Part shown: positions 52,293 through 64,000 of the stretch, piece after piece
Layout: each line of letters opens with the position of its first letter
How positions within the stretch are numbered: the first letter of the stretch is position 1
Assembly: GCF_009914755.1 (NCBI RefSeq)
Contig: NC_060926.1
Source of the DNA: the human T2T-CHM13v2.0 reference genome, Homo sapiens
Length of the DNA stretch: 64,000 nucleotides
Strand: one strand, 5' to 3'
Notes under the pieces: model-generated
Seen by the model: only the letters and a program-made list of their open reading frames with translations
What the model was told of the DNA's origin: nothing
Databases searched by the model: none
Made by a program: the position numbers and the translations under genes

Positions 52293-55200
52293 ATTTATGC
52301 ATTCTAATGCTGATGACACTTTGGATAACCTTTTCAAAAACTTATGAACAATGCTACTATGAATATATCTACATGTGTCTCCCAGTATGTAAATACAAGA
52401 CTTTCTCTAAGATATGCAAAAGTAGTGAAATGCTTCATATTTATTTAATGAGATAATACTAAACTATTTGTATGATCAAGGTTGATTTTATTCTATGGGA
52501 GTCCTTCTGGCCACTTCTGCAGCCCCCAGGCCTAAGTCTGGGAATTTCAGACTATTACCTTTACTGATTACTGGTCCGAGGATAAATATATCCACAATTG
52601 TGTCTCTCAGAGTTTAACCCCAAGACAAAATCATTCCCTGCTGCTTGCTTCCTAATCCAGATCAGCTTCTTATAACATGCTGTCAGCATATGTGATCTGG
52701 TCTTCTGACATTCGCATCTGGATGCTGGGTATGTCCATCTTGGCTCCAGTCACCTAAGATCTAACACCTTTGGTACTGGCAGCCATAGTCTCAAATGTCA
52801 TATGCCTGCAGGGTCAACTTTCATTTACCTGTTTGCTGGTTTATTTTTGCTTTACATGGTCATTGTAGAACTCTGTTAATTTACACGAGTCCAGTTGTTT
52901 CTTACAAGTATGTGATATCTGGGTTTGGTTATGTCCACAAGTATGCTTGTATCATACATATTTTTTCTTTTTCTCAGTGTCCTTTCCTGGTTTTGGTATC
53001 AAGATTATAAAATAAATTAGTAGTGATTTTTTTAAATAATAAAAATGATTGGAAGAGTGCTCTTTAAATATTTAGCAAAAATTTTCTGCTAGTTACTATG
53101 TACAACTGATTACATGTCTTTATGTTCATATGTTTTTCAGATTTTCTGTTTCTTCTTGAATCGCATTTATGTTTTCTCCACGAATTTATCTCTTTCCCAT
53201 AAGACTTCAAGTATATTGGTATTAAGATGCATACATTCAATATTTACTGAGCAGCCTCGTTGTGCCAGACCCTATTCTAAGTGCATGGACTGTGAGATTC
53301 CTTCATTCATGACCCGTATATCCCAGTGATCACTAGAACATTAAACATTCCTTCAATATACTGACAATAAGCCTGAAGACCCATATCAGTAGGCAATCTA
53401 TAGCCTAAATGTTGTTTTTGGTTTTACAATTTCCCATCTCTTTACTAATAGGAAAGTCTTCCAATCTTTTTAGATTTTGTGGAGCTAGTGGATACTGAAT
53501 CCTTACCCAACCATTTGACTGTCATTAGTTTTTATTATTCAGTGCCTGTATGTTTACTGCATACGGGCACCTCAGGGAGCTTCAGCAGCTTTACTTTAAG
53601 AGAACATTCTCTAACCACAGGTATAATTTTTACTCATTTTTTTGCTCGCTTTGATAATATATGCATGAATACCAGTAGTTTTGCAGTACATCAGTTGAAA
53701 TAATTTACATTTATTATGATTACTGATCATAATAAGTAGATTTCTTCAAGTATGAATTTAATGACTCCAAAGACTTAGATTTACTTATTGCTTTTTGTTC
53801 ATTGAATGGTTTAGTCAACGTCGTACTAGAAAAAAATTCAAACAAAATATATACAGTGTTATACAGAACTAGGTTTAAATGTCAGGCTTTCATTCACAAA
53901 ATGGGCCGAGTTTTATGTTATTCATCAGTAAAATATTGAACACACTTATTTTGTTTGCAATTATTTTGGTTATACAATTATAAATAATTTTAGCATTTAT
54001 TCATCTGTGTACAGAATCCTGGCCTTCCAAATGCACTGCTGTTTATGTAATAAATGCAAAAGTAGGATATTAATAAATGTTTGCTTTTATTTCAATCAAT
54101 CCTCAGACTCTTTTGCTTCCCCTGTTGCTTACCTCCTTGATTTTATATCCTCACTGGTTCTCTGAAACGTTTATACTCTACAGTAGCAACAAGAGACCGG
54201 AAAAGTAATTCAATGACATACTGAGAGCTGGGTTCCTAGGAATGGCAAAAGGAGGGCTCAGAGACAGAACAAACTTGTTCAGTTTAGAAGATTCAATTAT
54301 AACGTATTCTTTCAGCGGATTAAAATGGGGTGTTCCTGACTTTTAAAGTAAATCTAAACTATCAAATTTAGTTACTCAACAGCTTGAGTATGCTCAATGT
54401 GTATGAAACAGGAAAATAAATTTTATTTAATATCTCAACATTGGTTTGTTTTACAAAAGTAAAATTATATTTTTAAAATATTTTAAATTTATTTTCAACA
54501 CCAAATACTAGAGATAAAAACAAATCCATTTGATTCTACCAATATTAAGTAATCTTAAACTCATTTGAATCCAGATTCTTTAGATTGGTTTTAAACTAAC
54601 AATAAATTGGCACAAGCTTAAACTGGCAATAAATAAGTACAAGCAGGTGACCTAGGAAATATTCTGATATTATCTCCAGTAATCCTTGAATTATAAACAT
54701 ATTATCTACTGATTGATAAATAATGGGTTATATCCTTCATGTAATAGTTGTCTCCATCCACTTCCTCCCTATGTCTTCAGAAGAATTTAGAATTAGACCA
54801 AGTGCAGATTTTTTTTTTCAGCTGTAGCTCACAGGAGGAGTTTCTGTTCCTTCCCTGAATTCTAAGATAATGGAGTAAATTAACCAGCAATGTGATGCAT
54901 AATTGTCCAAGTACTTAAAAAAAATAGGTCAGACAAATTGTTATTCAAAGGTCAATAGAATATATGTAATATTGGCTCTTTGATTTACAAATACGAGCTG
55001 GTTGACTAAATATTGCTCAAAAAAGCACATTAAGTTTATCTTTCTATCAGTGTCAAGTATAAAATTCCACTGGTGCAGCTCATCCTGATAACATGCTTGG
55101 CCTCATATCGGTATGAATTTCAGACCAGAAGACTCAGGAAATCTAACTAGTGGGCATAGCATTAAACAGCAGTAGTTGAACTCTAACATATATTTAGAAC

Positions 55201-55520
55201 TGACTATGTGCAAACAATTGTAAATAATTGTTTAAAATTGTTTAAAAATTATTTACACTTATATAAAAATATGACGTAATTGTCATAATTTATACAACGT
55301 ATTGATGCTCTTTTATATTAGAAGAAAATTCTAGTTTTAGAAATTATTTTATAGAACATCAACTAGGCAGTTAAGAATAGGGGTAAGAGTTAACCCCAGG
55401 ACTATATGATTCCCAAGTCCATCTATATTCTTCGTGCCAATCCTGCATATTCACTGTGGTCTTTTCACCATTTTTTTCTAATGCCCAGTGACCACATTTA
55501 AGGAGTTATAAGAGAAATAT

Positions 55521-55556
55521 TGTGTGTGTGTGTGTGTGTGTGTATGTGTGTGTGTG
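55521..55556. repeat. (TG)n microsatellite
   Basis: Direct reading. Confidence 0.95.
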
Positions 55557-56289
55557 TTTATCGAAGACAATGAAGAAAATGTAAGAAAATGGTAGCGAAG
55601 TTCCAAAAAAGGCATAGAACAAAGGAACTTAAGATTCGTATGTAAGTGGTATTTCTACATATACCTGACTTTTCTTGTTAAGAAAACTTGCAAAAACTTT
55701 CTCCTTCCCTGCCTCAGTTCATTTATCATGCAGAATAAAGAGTTAACAATCTCCGTCCTACATTTCCCACAGGATTTCAGATCAAATAAATAAAATCAGA
55801 GTCTATGCATCAAACTCAGCAAATGTGAAATCATCAGCAAGGTTAAATAATGAATCCGGGACACCAGAAACAGTGCTGTCTGGTTATGTTGGATTATGGA
55901 GCCATTGATGTTGTTCCATCATTCACTTCTTTGAACTAACAGTTTTGTTCTTAGTGCCAGACAAAATCATAGGATCCTGCCCTCATGCAAGTTATAACCT
56001 AGTACTCTCCAAGACATTATTTAAGTAACTACATATCTACGTGAAAGAATAAAAGTAGAAATAAGTTCTCTAATAAAAAGGTGAGATAGTTTGAGAGTAT
56101 ATAATAGTCTGAGGGGCATGAGTAAAGCCTTTCAGAGAAAGTGGAGATGGAGCTAACATGTTCAGAATTAATTCACTGGATGAGGAGAGATGGGAGGAGC
56201 TCTCTGTGGAGGTCTGCCCTGTCGTAAAATGAAACATGGTAATTCTAAGAATTCTATTAAAAGACCAGGAGTGCTCAAGTGTATATGAA

Positions 56290-56565
56290 TGTGTGTGTGT
56301 GTGTGTGTGTGTGTGGTGTGCATGTGTTTTAGGGCAAGAGGAAGATGGAGTGGTAAGTAGGGGTGTTTGTGTGTGTGTGTGGTGTGTGCATGTGTTTTAG
56401 GGCAAGAGGAAGATGGAGTGGTATGTAAGTGTGTGTGTGTGTGTGTGTGGTGTGCATGTGTTTTAGGGCAAGAAGAAGATGGAGTGGTAAGTAGGGGGGT
56501 ATGTGTGTGTGTGAGAGAGAGAGAGATGTGTTTTAGTGCAAGAGGAAGATGGAGTGGTAGGTAGA
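56290..56565. repeat. Compound VNTR: 4 copies of a 34-bp core separated by (GT)n spacers
   Basis: Core atgtgttttagggcaagaggaagatggagtggta at 56322, 56390, 56456 and 56526. Confidence 0.95.
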
Positions 56566-57303
56566 AGCCAGATCATGTAGGGCTTTGTCTGGCATTGTAA
56601 ATATTTGGAAATTTTCATAACATTGTTTTATGAGAGGTAAAGCTGTAATATTCCCGATTAAAAACATCTGTCTGGCTCCAGTATACAAAATAAATTGGAG
56701 TTCAGGAGGAACAAAATTAGATAGAGATTGATCATCAGTTAGATTGGTCAACTTTCTAACTGGAAGCTCTACTTCATCCAAAACACACTGTTATTACAGT
56801 AGTGCTTCAAATATAATAGAAGGACTGCTGTATTCTTAGCTATGGATTCAATATCTGTAGAATAAGCTTGTTTGACTTCACTTTGCTCATGGTACTTTTA
56901 AACGCCTCTTCAGAAAAATTGAGTAATGTTTTTCCATCACAGTTTTTTTCTAGAGTAGCCGTAAAAGGATTTCAAAGTTTTGGTTTCAGAAAATTTATTT
57001 CTAATCTTTTCCACCTTTGCTCTTGTGAATAACAGAAGTAGATGCAAAATTCAGTTGTCCCTCATGTGTCTAATCCTAGGATCTCTGGGAACAGCACTGC
57101 AAGGCAGGCAATAGAATTCACTCCAATCCCCAATTCTGCTTCTCAGCTTTTCTTTCTTTTACATCAACATGCCTCTGTTGTCTAATAAATAATGGCTGAA
57201 AAATGTCTGTGCCTTTATGTAAACATATTTTGGCACTTCAGGAAGATTTGAGAGTATATGTTTATTTCAAATTTTAAGACATTCCAGATGTTTTCCTTTA
57301 GTG

Positions 57304-57829
57304 CAGCAGTTCCCACCCTTTTTGGCACCAGGAACTGGTTTCATGGAAGACAATTTTTCCACAGACCATAGTGGGGGATGGTTTGGGGGTGATTCAAGTG
57401 CATTGTATTTATTATGCACTTTACTTCTGTAACTATTACATTGTAAGATATAGTAAAATAAATTTTACAACTCATCATAATGTAGAATCAGTGGGAGCCC
57501 TGAACTTGTTTTCCTGCAACTAGAGGGTCCCATCTGGAGGTGATGGGAGATAGTAACAAATGTTAGTCATTAGATTCTCATAAGGGGTATGCAACCTAGA
57601 TTCCTCACACGCACAGTTCACAATAGGGTTCACACTCCTATAAGAATGTAATTCCGTCACTGGTCTGACAGTAGACAGAGCTCAGGCGGTAATGCAAGTG
57701 ATGAGGAGCAGCTATAAATACAGATGAAGCTTCGCTTGCTCAATCACCGCTCACCTCCTACTGTGCGGCCCAGTTCCTAACAGGTCAGGAACCAGTATTG
57801 GTCCATGGCCCACAGGTTGCAGGCCCCTG
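57304..57829 (+). mobile_element. MER1A hAT-Charlie MITE, full length
   Basis: cag...ctttttggcaccagg...ggaagacaatttttccac...cccctg; 8-bp TSD ctttagtg / ccttagtg. Confidence 0.9.
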
Positions 57830-58671
57830 CCTTAGTGAAGAGACAGCATAAGTGAATGTAGTCAAGGGAAAGAGAATTGCAGAATGTGAAAACTGAGAAC
57901 ACATGTGTTGGAGATAGGACAGGGGAAGAATCTTTGGAGACTCGGTACCACAGTTGCCTTCTTTATCTTGGAGGGAACATCCATTTACAGCCTCTCATTT
58001 CCAGCTATCCTTTCACTCATGCATGTCCTTTTCTGTTCCACTAGGACCATGTTGAAGTTCTACCAATGGAGTTCAACTCTTTGTATATAATGACTGAAGC
58101 CTGGACTATCTGGGATCACTATATTCTACCAAGGTTATAGCCTTTGAGTAAACATTCACCAGCCACATTAGCTTAACAAAATCTGGTGCTCCATGGAAAT
58201 ACAGATTTTGCAGCTCAGTTGCTCACATAGTTCCATATGGATTGTAGACTGAGAAGCATCTGTCACATTTATTGTTTAGATTTAGTTTCCTACAGTACCT
58301 AGCACAGTTACAGCCATATTAGAGCCATGTCACATACTGGTACATGAATATATAAAATAAATACACCTTTGCTAAATAATCTAAAGAAATGGACTGATAC
58401 ATGAAGAAGAGTTTTTAAATTTGCAACATGGAGAGCTGAGAACTCAAAACACATTTAGTAGTCATAAGAATGACAGGTTGTCTATCACATTTAAAGAAAA
58501 ATGAGGTGATCTTTTGCCTCATTTAAAAAAGTCAGTTCCTATGTTTCTTTTTGTGTTACTCATTGATGGTAAGTGCACAGGGCCTATTAAAAGCTAGAAA
58601 ATCAAGCAGTCATTTGTCTGCCAAGTGCCAAAAGTATTATTTGGTTGACTTGTTTCACAAAATTGAGTAGT

Positions 58672-58880
58672 CCGAGCTGGGAACTTTTTCTTAAAAGGCC
58701 AGATGGTATTATTTTAGGCTTTGAGGGCCATCTTGTCTCTGTCACAACTACCCAATGCTCCCATTGTACTGTGAAAACACACATAGACAATATGCAAATG
58801 AATGACTATGGCTGTGTTTCAATAAAATTTTGGTTTACAACAACAGGCTACCCTAAACACTGGCCATAGCTGACCTCTCA
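58672..58880 (+). mobile_element. MER58A-like
   Basis: aactttttcttaaaaggccagatggtattattttaggcttt...tggctgtgtttcaataaaattt. Confidence 0.75.
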
Positions 58881-59568
58881 ACTAGTTCAATTGCAACAAA
58901 AATCAACCCATATAATGTTTAATTGGTGCTTTTTGTGTTATATAAAAAGTAAGACACACTTTTTAGCTGTAAAAGTTTATTTTAAAATACTATATAGGCT
59001 GGGTCAAATGCCAGTTCAAGAGAGTCCATGCTAGGGTTTCAATACTGTTGGGAGAATGATAAGGAATCCAACCTCAGATAGATAAGAGGTGGAGAAGTCC
59101 AAGTGTTTGCAAATGTTTTCAGTCCTCCTAAGGAAAAAGTATTTAAAACGTCAAGTCCAGTCATTAAAGTCAGAGCCATGAACCACCAAATGTCTTGAGA
59201 CACGTACATAGTCAAACAAATACCAACAGGGAGCTGCTCAGGGTGAAACAAGATGGGTGTAGAGCTGCTGCCATGCTCAGCTCTCAGTTGTCCATCTTCC
59301 ATATTTATCTGTGGTCACAAATATGGTATAGGTTTTGGGAAGACAATTAAAAAAAAGGAACAAGTTTATTAGATGAAGGATTTATATGTACTTTCTGTTT
59401 CCCTCAGTCTTTGCTAGTTCACCTTGCAGCACATACCACAGAAATTTCCCAGGACACTCTCTCTACCATCCAGATGCTTGAAGTCTACTTTATAAGATAT
59501 GTCTAATAAATATGAACTAGTCAAACACATATCATGCTATCTTGGATGATCCAGAAGGATGCTCTACA

Positions 59569-59740
59569 CCAGTGTTTCTCAAATTGTAAAGCACATACAA
59601 GTTACCTGGGAATCTTGGTCTAGTGCAGATTATGAATTGATAGATCTGGGGTGGGGCCTGAAATACTTAATCTTTATCAAGCTATCATGTGATGATGATT
59701 CTCTTGGTGCATGGACAACACATGAGTTTCAAGCCTCTAA
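59569..59740. mobile_element. MER5-like
   Basis: cagtgtttctcaaa...acctgggaatcttg...tctggggtggggcctga. Confidence 0.6.
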
Positions 59741-62499
59741 GCAATTTTAGAAGACATCAGCAATGGCTGTGTGGTGAAGAATTTCTGGACTAAGTGAGAA
59801 TGGAGCTATGCTAGGAAACAGGGATTCATATTCAAATGCCTTACAACAAAAATGTGGTGTAAATGGGTATATCAGGATAGATGTGATAATAGGAAGTGAT
59901 CTGACACTGAGCTGAATCTGGTATCCGCTGTTGATCAGTTAGGTGTTCAGGTAATCAGTTAGAAGAAGGAGCCAAAAACTAAAAGTAACAATAAGACTTT
60001 TCTCACCTATTCAACAGTGCAAGCCAAAGTGGGGGGAAAAAAGAGAAGCACAGGTCCCTCAGTGTTCTATTCTTCTATATGAAAGGACACTGGGCAAAGG
60101 GTCAGGTGGATCAGCACAGACAAGAGGAATAATTTCATTGCCAAAGAACAAGAGGCTCCTTCCTTTTCATGGGGGGTAGAAAGAAGGGGAAGGACTAAGA
60201 ATGGAAAGGTACTAAGTAACAATAGGAAAAGTGTTGCAGCCGAGGCCCCCATAATAAGGAGGCCTTCACACGAAGGTTCCTGGGCTAGGAATGCAGACAT
60301 GCATGTACGGATGGCCAGCCTGGGAGCTGCTGAGCCTGAGTTCTGGACTATAATTTCTGGGAGGAAGCTGCAGCATTATCTGCAAAGTTTGGTGCGAGGA
60401 GGGCAGATTATCCACATGAAGCCCTCCTGATGAAGCCTTGTAATTGCCTATGGTTGAGTCTGAAAAATCACACACGGGTTTTTGCCTGGGACAGGACTCC
60501 TCACCCATGTCATACCTCCAAGTAACAGCACTATTCAATTTCACCAATTGTTGCCAGGAAGGAATTAGATCTTCCTTTTTTTTTTTCAAGAGATGCCAAG
60601 AAGTTATATTTATCTGTGGAATTCTTTGATTTTCAAATCTTGACAATTATTTCTTAAGATGATTGTTCTTATTTTCTAACACTCTGAACTCATAACATGT
60701 TTTTCGTTATCCTGATTCAGGCTGAGGGCCACCAGTTTGCAACTTCTGCCTGAAAGGAAAGTAGAACTTGGCTGGAAGACAGAATTATGAAGAGACCAGA
60801 TATAGAGTGAGAAAGAAAAAAAAAAGTACATCCTTTGGGCTGAGCTATTTCTAGCATGAAAACAGGCCAACTTATTTTTTATTTATTTTATCTCCTAATT
60901 GATTCCATATTATCAGCCCCTGGACCTTCTCAAAGCTACCATGTTTTCCACACTTGAGTAGGAGATTTGTCCTCAGGCACAGAATTTCTGGGCCAGTTCT
61001 TGCTAAAATGTCACAGTTTTCATAGTTATAATTCATCACACTCAAGCACCCATGGAAACAATTGTCCACAACATGAACTCAGAGATCCAAAGTAAAAATG
61101 TTTTTCTCTGCCATAATAAACATCTCCTTGTGGAACTGAAGATTAAAGGGAGACATTTATTTTACTAGGCTATTGACTTTACTATGGGGTACCTGAAATT
61201 CCCAGGGTGACTCACAAAGAAGTGACAGTGATATGTTTGTGTCTCTTTAAATATGTACCATTGTGAGTGTCAAGCTGCAAAGATAAATCTTTCTGAGGAA
61301 TAATAGGAGACTTTCTGCTCTGGAAATGAATGGGCCTCTGGATGGCTATTTCCCAGGCTCCAAATATAAGGGCAGTTTTTGTCCACCCATTCCTTCTCTG
61401 GCATACAGATGTGCCAGTGCCTCTGCTGTACTGCTGCTCCTCTCTTTCCTCCCGCAGTCCCACTGACCACATAATCTCAGGCTCATCACTGCATTTAGCA
61501 ATCATAGCATCCGCTTTCAAATTGGTCTCTGTCTCCAATGTCTCCCAATTCAAATTAATTCCGCACATGATGTAAAATCCTATTTTAAAATATTTTAGCT
61601 TTAATTTTGTCTTCAACATATTCAATGAAATAAATTTGAAGTCAAATTAAATTTCATTTAGTTGAAGATTAATTTTTATTTTTTTAAAAAAGGAAAATAA
61701 GTAGATTGTCATTCAAGGCTGCCCCCGTCTCCATGATTTGATCTATATCTATTGCCAAGTTTTTTACTGCCTACATTTTTCAGGGTTATAGTCTCAGCAG
61801 AAAGGCCCTTAGCATCAAAACCATAATCTAACTCCACTTGGAAGTTTTTCTTTGTCCTCTTCATCCCAATATTAATTTTTATTTTAATTGTTCAGAGATT
61901 CCTTAATGTCTGTGGAGTTTTTGTGGTGAAGAAATAGTCACACGACATGCACTTGGTTTAATTTCCTTAGAAATCTATTTAATAGCTAGCATGTATTTAT
62001 CTATTAAGCTATTCATAATATAACATTCATTAATATATTAAATAATCAAAATCCAAATATTATTCCAACACTACACAACTCATCCAAATTAATTAATTAA
62101 TCACAATGAATTTTCTTGAAGTCAAAAAGAAAATTATAGACTAATTTAATCAGATGTTTCTAAAAAATTTATTAAAATAAAAGCTTTACTAACTTTAAAC
62201 AGAAAAAAGAAACAAGAATATTGGAATAATTAAAACTTACTAATGTACTTATAATTAAACAAATTATAAAATTTACCAACTTCTAAGATTTAATTATTTA
62301 TTCATAATTCCTAATTTTATTATTATTTTTATTCTGCTTATTTTCAAGGCTGCAGTAATAATAAAAGGTATTCACTCTTATACCTCTTTAGAAGTTCAGT
62401 AATCTTTTAGTGGTTAAAAAGAATGAAACCTCAGATTAGCCTGAGATGTTGATTTTTGAGATATGAATGGATTGATTCTTGTTTTAACAGGGATCTTAG

Positions 62500-62812
<313 letters not shown>

Positions 62813-63339
62813 AAAGTTAAATATTTCTGAGTTAAGTCATTGATCATTTATAATCATGCATTGCTTGTTATAGCAATTTGAGTTACATTTTCCACATAGA
62901 TTTAAGTTTTTGAAGCTAATAATTTGTATAATAATTTAATTACTAACTCATTGTCAGGCATTTTGTATATTAACTCTATTGTTCATGTAACTGGAAATTC
63001 AAGAATGTTTTCTCAATATGAAGAGTAGGATTCCAGAGATATGTCATCTACTGGTAGATGAGAATTGAAATTCTCTTGGGCAACTCTTACTTAAGAAACC
63101 ATTGGAAAATTTATTTGGAAACTCAGACCATATCAGTACATCACCATTGATAGCAATTATCTTCCATATCCTTTTTCAACCTGCTTATTTTGTATTATCA
63201 TTGTTGCTGGGCAGTCAATTATGTTGATCCTAATCTTTATTGTGAAGAATTGACTCACTCACATTCTATTATACCTTTATTACATTCACATTTTATTATA
63301 AATCATTTTCACCACCTTTTATATTATAATCACATTTTT

Positions 63340-63958
63340 GCAAATGAATATCTGTACCCCCATGTTTATTTCAGCATTGTTCACAATAACAAAGACAGGG
63401 ACCCAACTTAAATGTGTATCAAAAGATGAAGGAATAAAGAAAATGTGATACACATACACAGAGGAGCACTATTCAACCATAAAAGCAGAAATTCTTTCAT
63501 GTGCTGCAACATGTATGAAACTGGAGATCATTACGTCAAGTGAATAGACCAGGTAGAAAGGCAAATATCACCTACTCTCACTCACGTGTGGAAGCTAAAA
63601 TGGTTTGTCTCGTGGAAGTAGAGAGTAAAACAATGGTTACCAGAGGATGGGAAGAGCAGTGGGGGAAGGGTTGTGTGAAGAAAGGTTAGTTAATGGGTAC
63701 AAACATAGACTTAGATGGACTGAATCAGTTCTACTGACTCATAGCACAGTAGGGTGACTATAGTGAACAACAGTGTGTTGTATATTTGAAAATAGCTAGA
63801 AGAGGAAATTTGAAATGTTTCCCAACAAGAAAATGGTAAATATTTTAGATGATAGATATCCTAAATACCCTGATTTAATCATTACACATTATGTGCATGT
63901 ATCAAAATATCACATGTATCCCATAAATATGTACAATTATTATGTAACAATAAAAATT
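63340..63958 (+). mobile_element. L1MA-type 3' end
   Basis: gtagagagtaaaacaatggttaccagagg...aatagctagaagag...ccctgatttaatcattacacatt. Confidence 0.85.
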
Positions 63959-64000
63959 ACTTTCATACTTCATATTAGATTTAACATTTTGCATATTAAT

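Noticed and set aside
56322-56559. CRISPR-like geometry (34-bp repeats with 32-36-bp spacers)
   Set aside because: Spacers are (GT)n/(GA)n rather than unique, repeats are not palindromic, there are no cas genes, and the context is human
59039-59302. 87-aa ORF containing LFHPEQL, as in alpha-tubulin
   Set aside because: Similarity is limited to 7 residues; the flanks do not match tubulin and there are no pseudogene hallmarks
60343-60365. ZNF143/THAP11-like motif ggactataatttctggga
   Set aside because: Several mismatches and no CpG island or promoter context

Overview
Primate, almost certainly human, genomic DNA. A young AluYa5 carries all five diagnostic bases. The window is AT-rich and dominated by transposable elements: L1PA/L1PB/L1M, Alu, THE1/MER61/LTR8/MER4-type LTRs, and MER1/MER58/MER82 DNA transposons. 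The only credible host coding sequence is a pair of + strand exon candidates that join in phase 0: an internal exon at 168-293 and a terminal exon at 26240-26383 with a 3'UTR and AATAAA at 26573. They are separated by a ~26-kb intron packed with same-sense L1s. I could not name the gene. The remaining ~37 kb looks intergenic. No prokaryotic, CRISPR, rRNA or tRNA features were found. The most interesting signals are antisense ORFs in two L1 5'UTRs (a 72-aa ORF0 homologue and a 238-aa ORF in an L1PB 5'UTR), several well-preserved retrotransposition scars, and a VNTR whose units resemble UG-flanked micro-exons. The scars include twin priming, a possible 3' transduction, a 23-bp Alu, an L1-Alu fusion and an internally deleted L1. 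Repeat subfamily names come from recall of consensus sequences, and boundaries of old elements are approximate.
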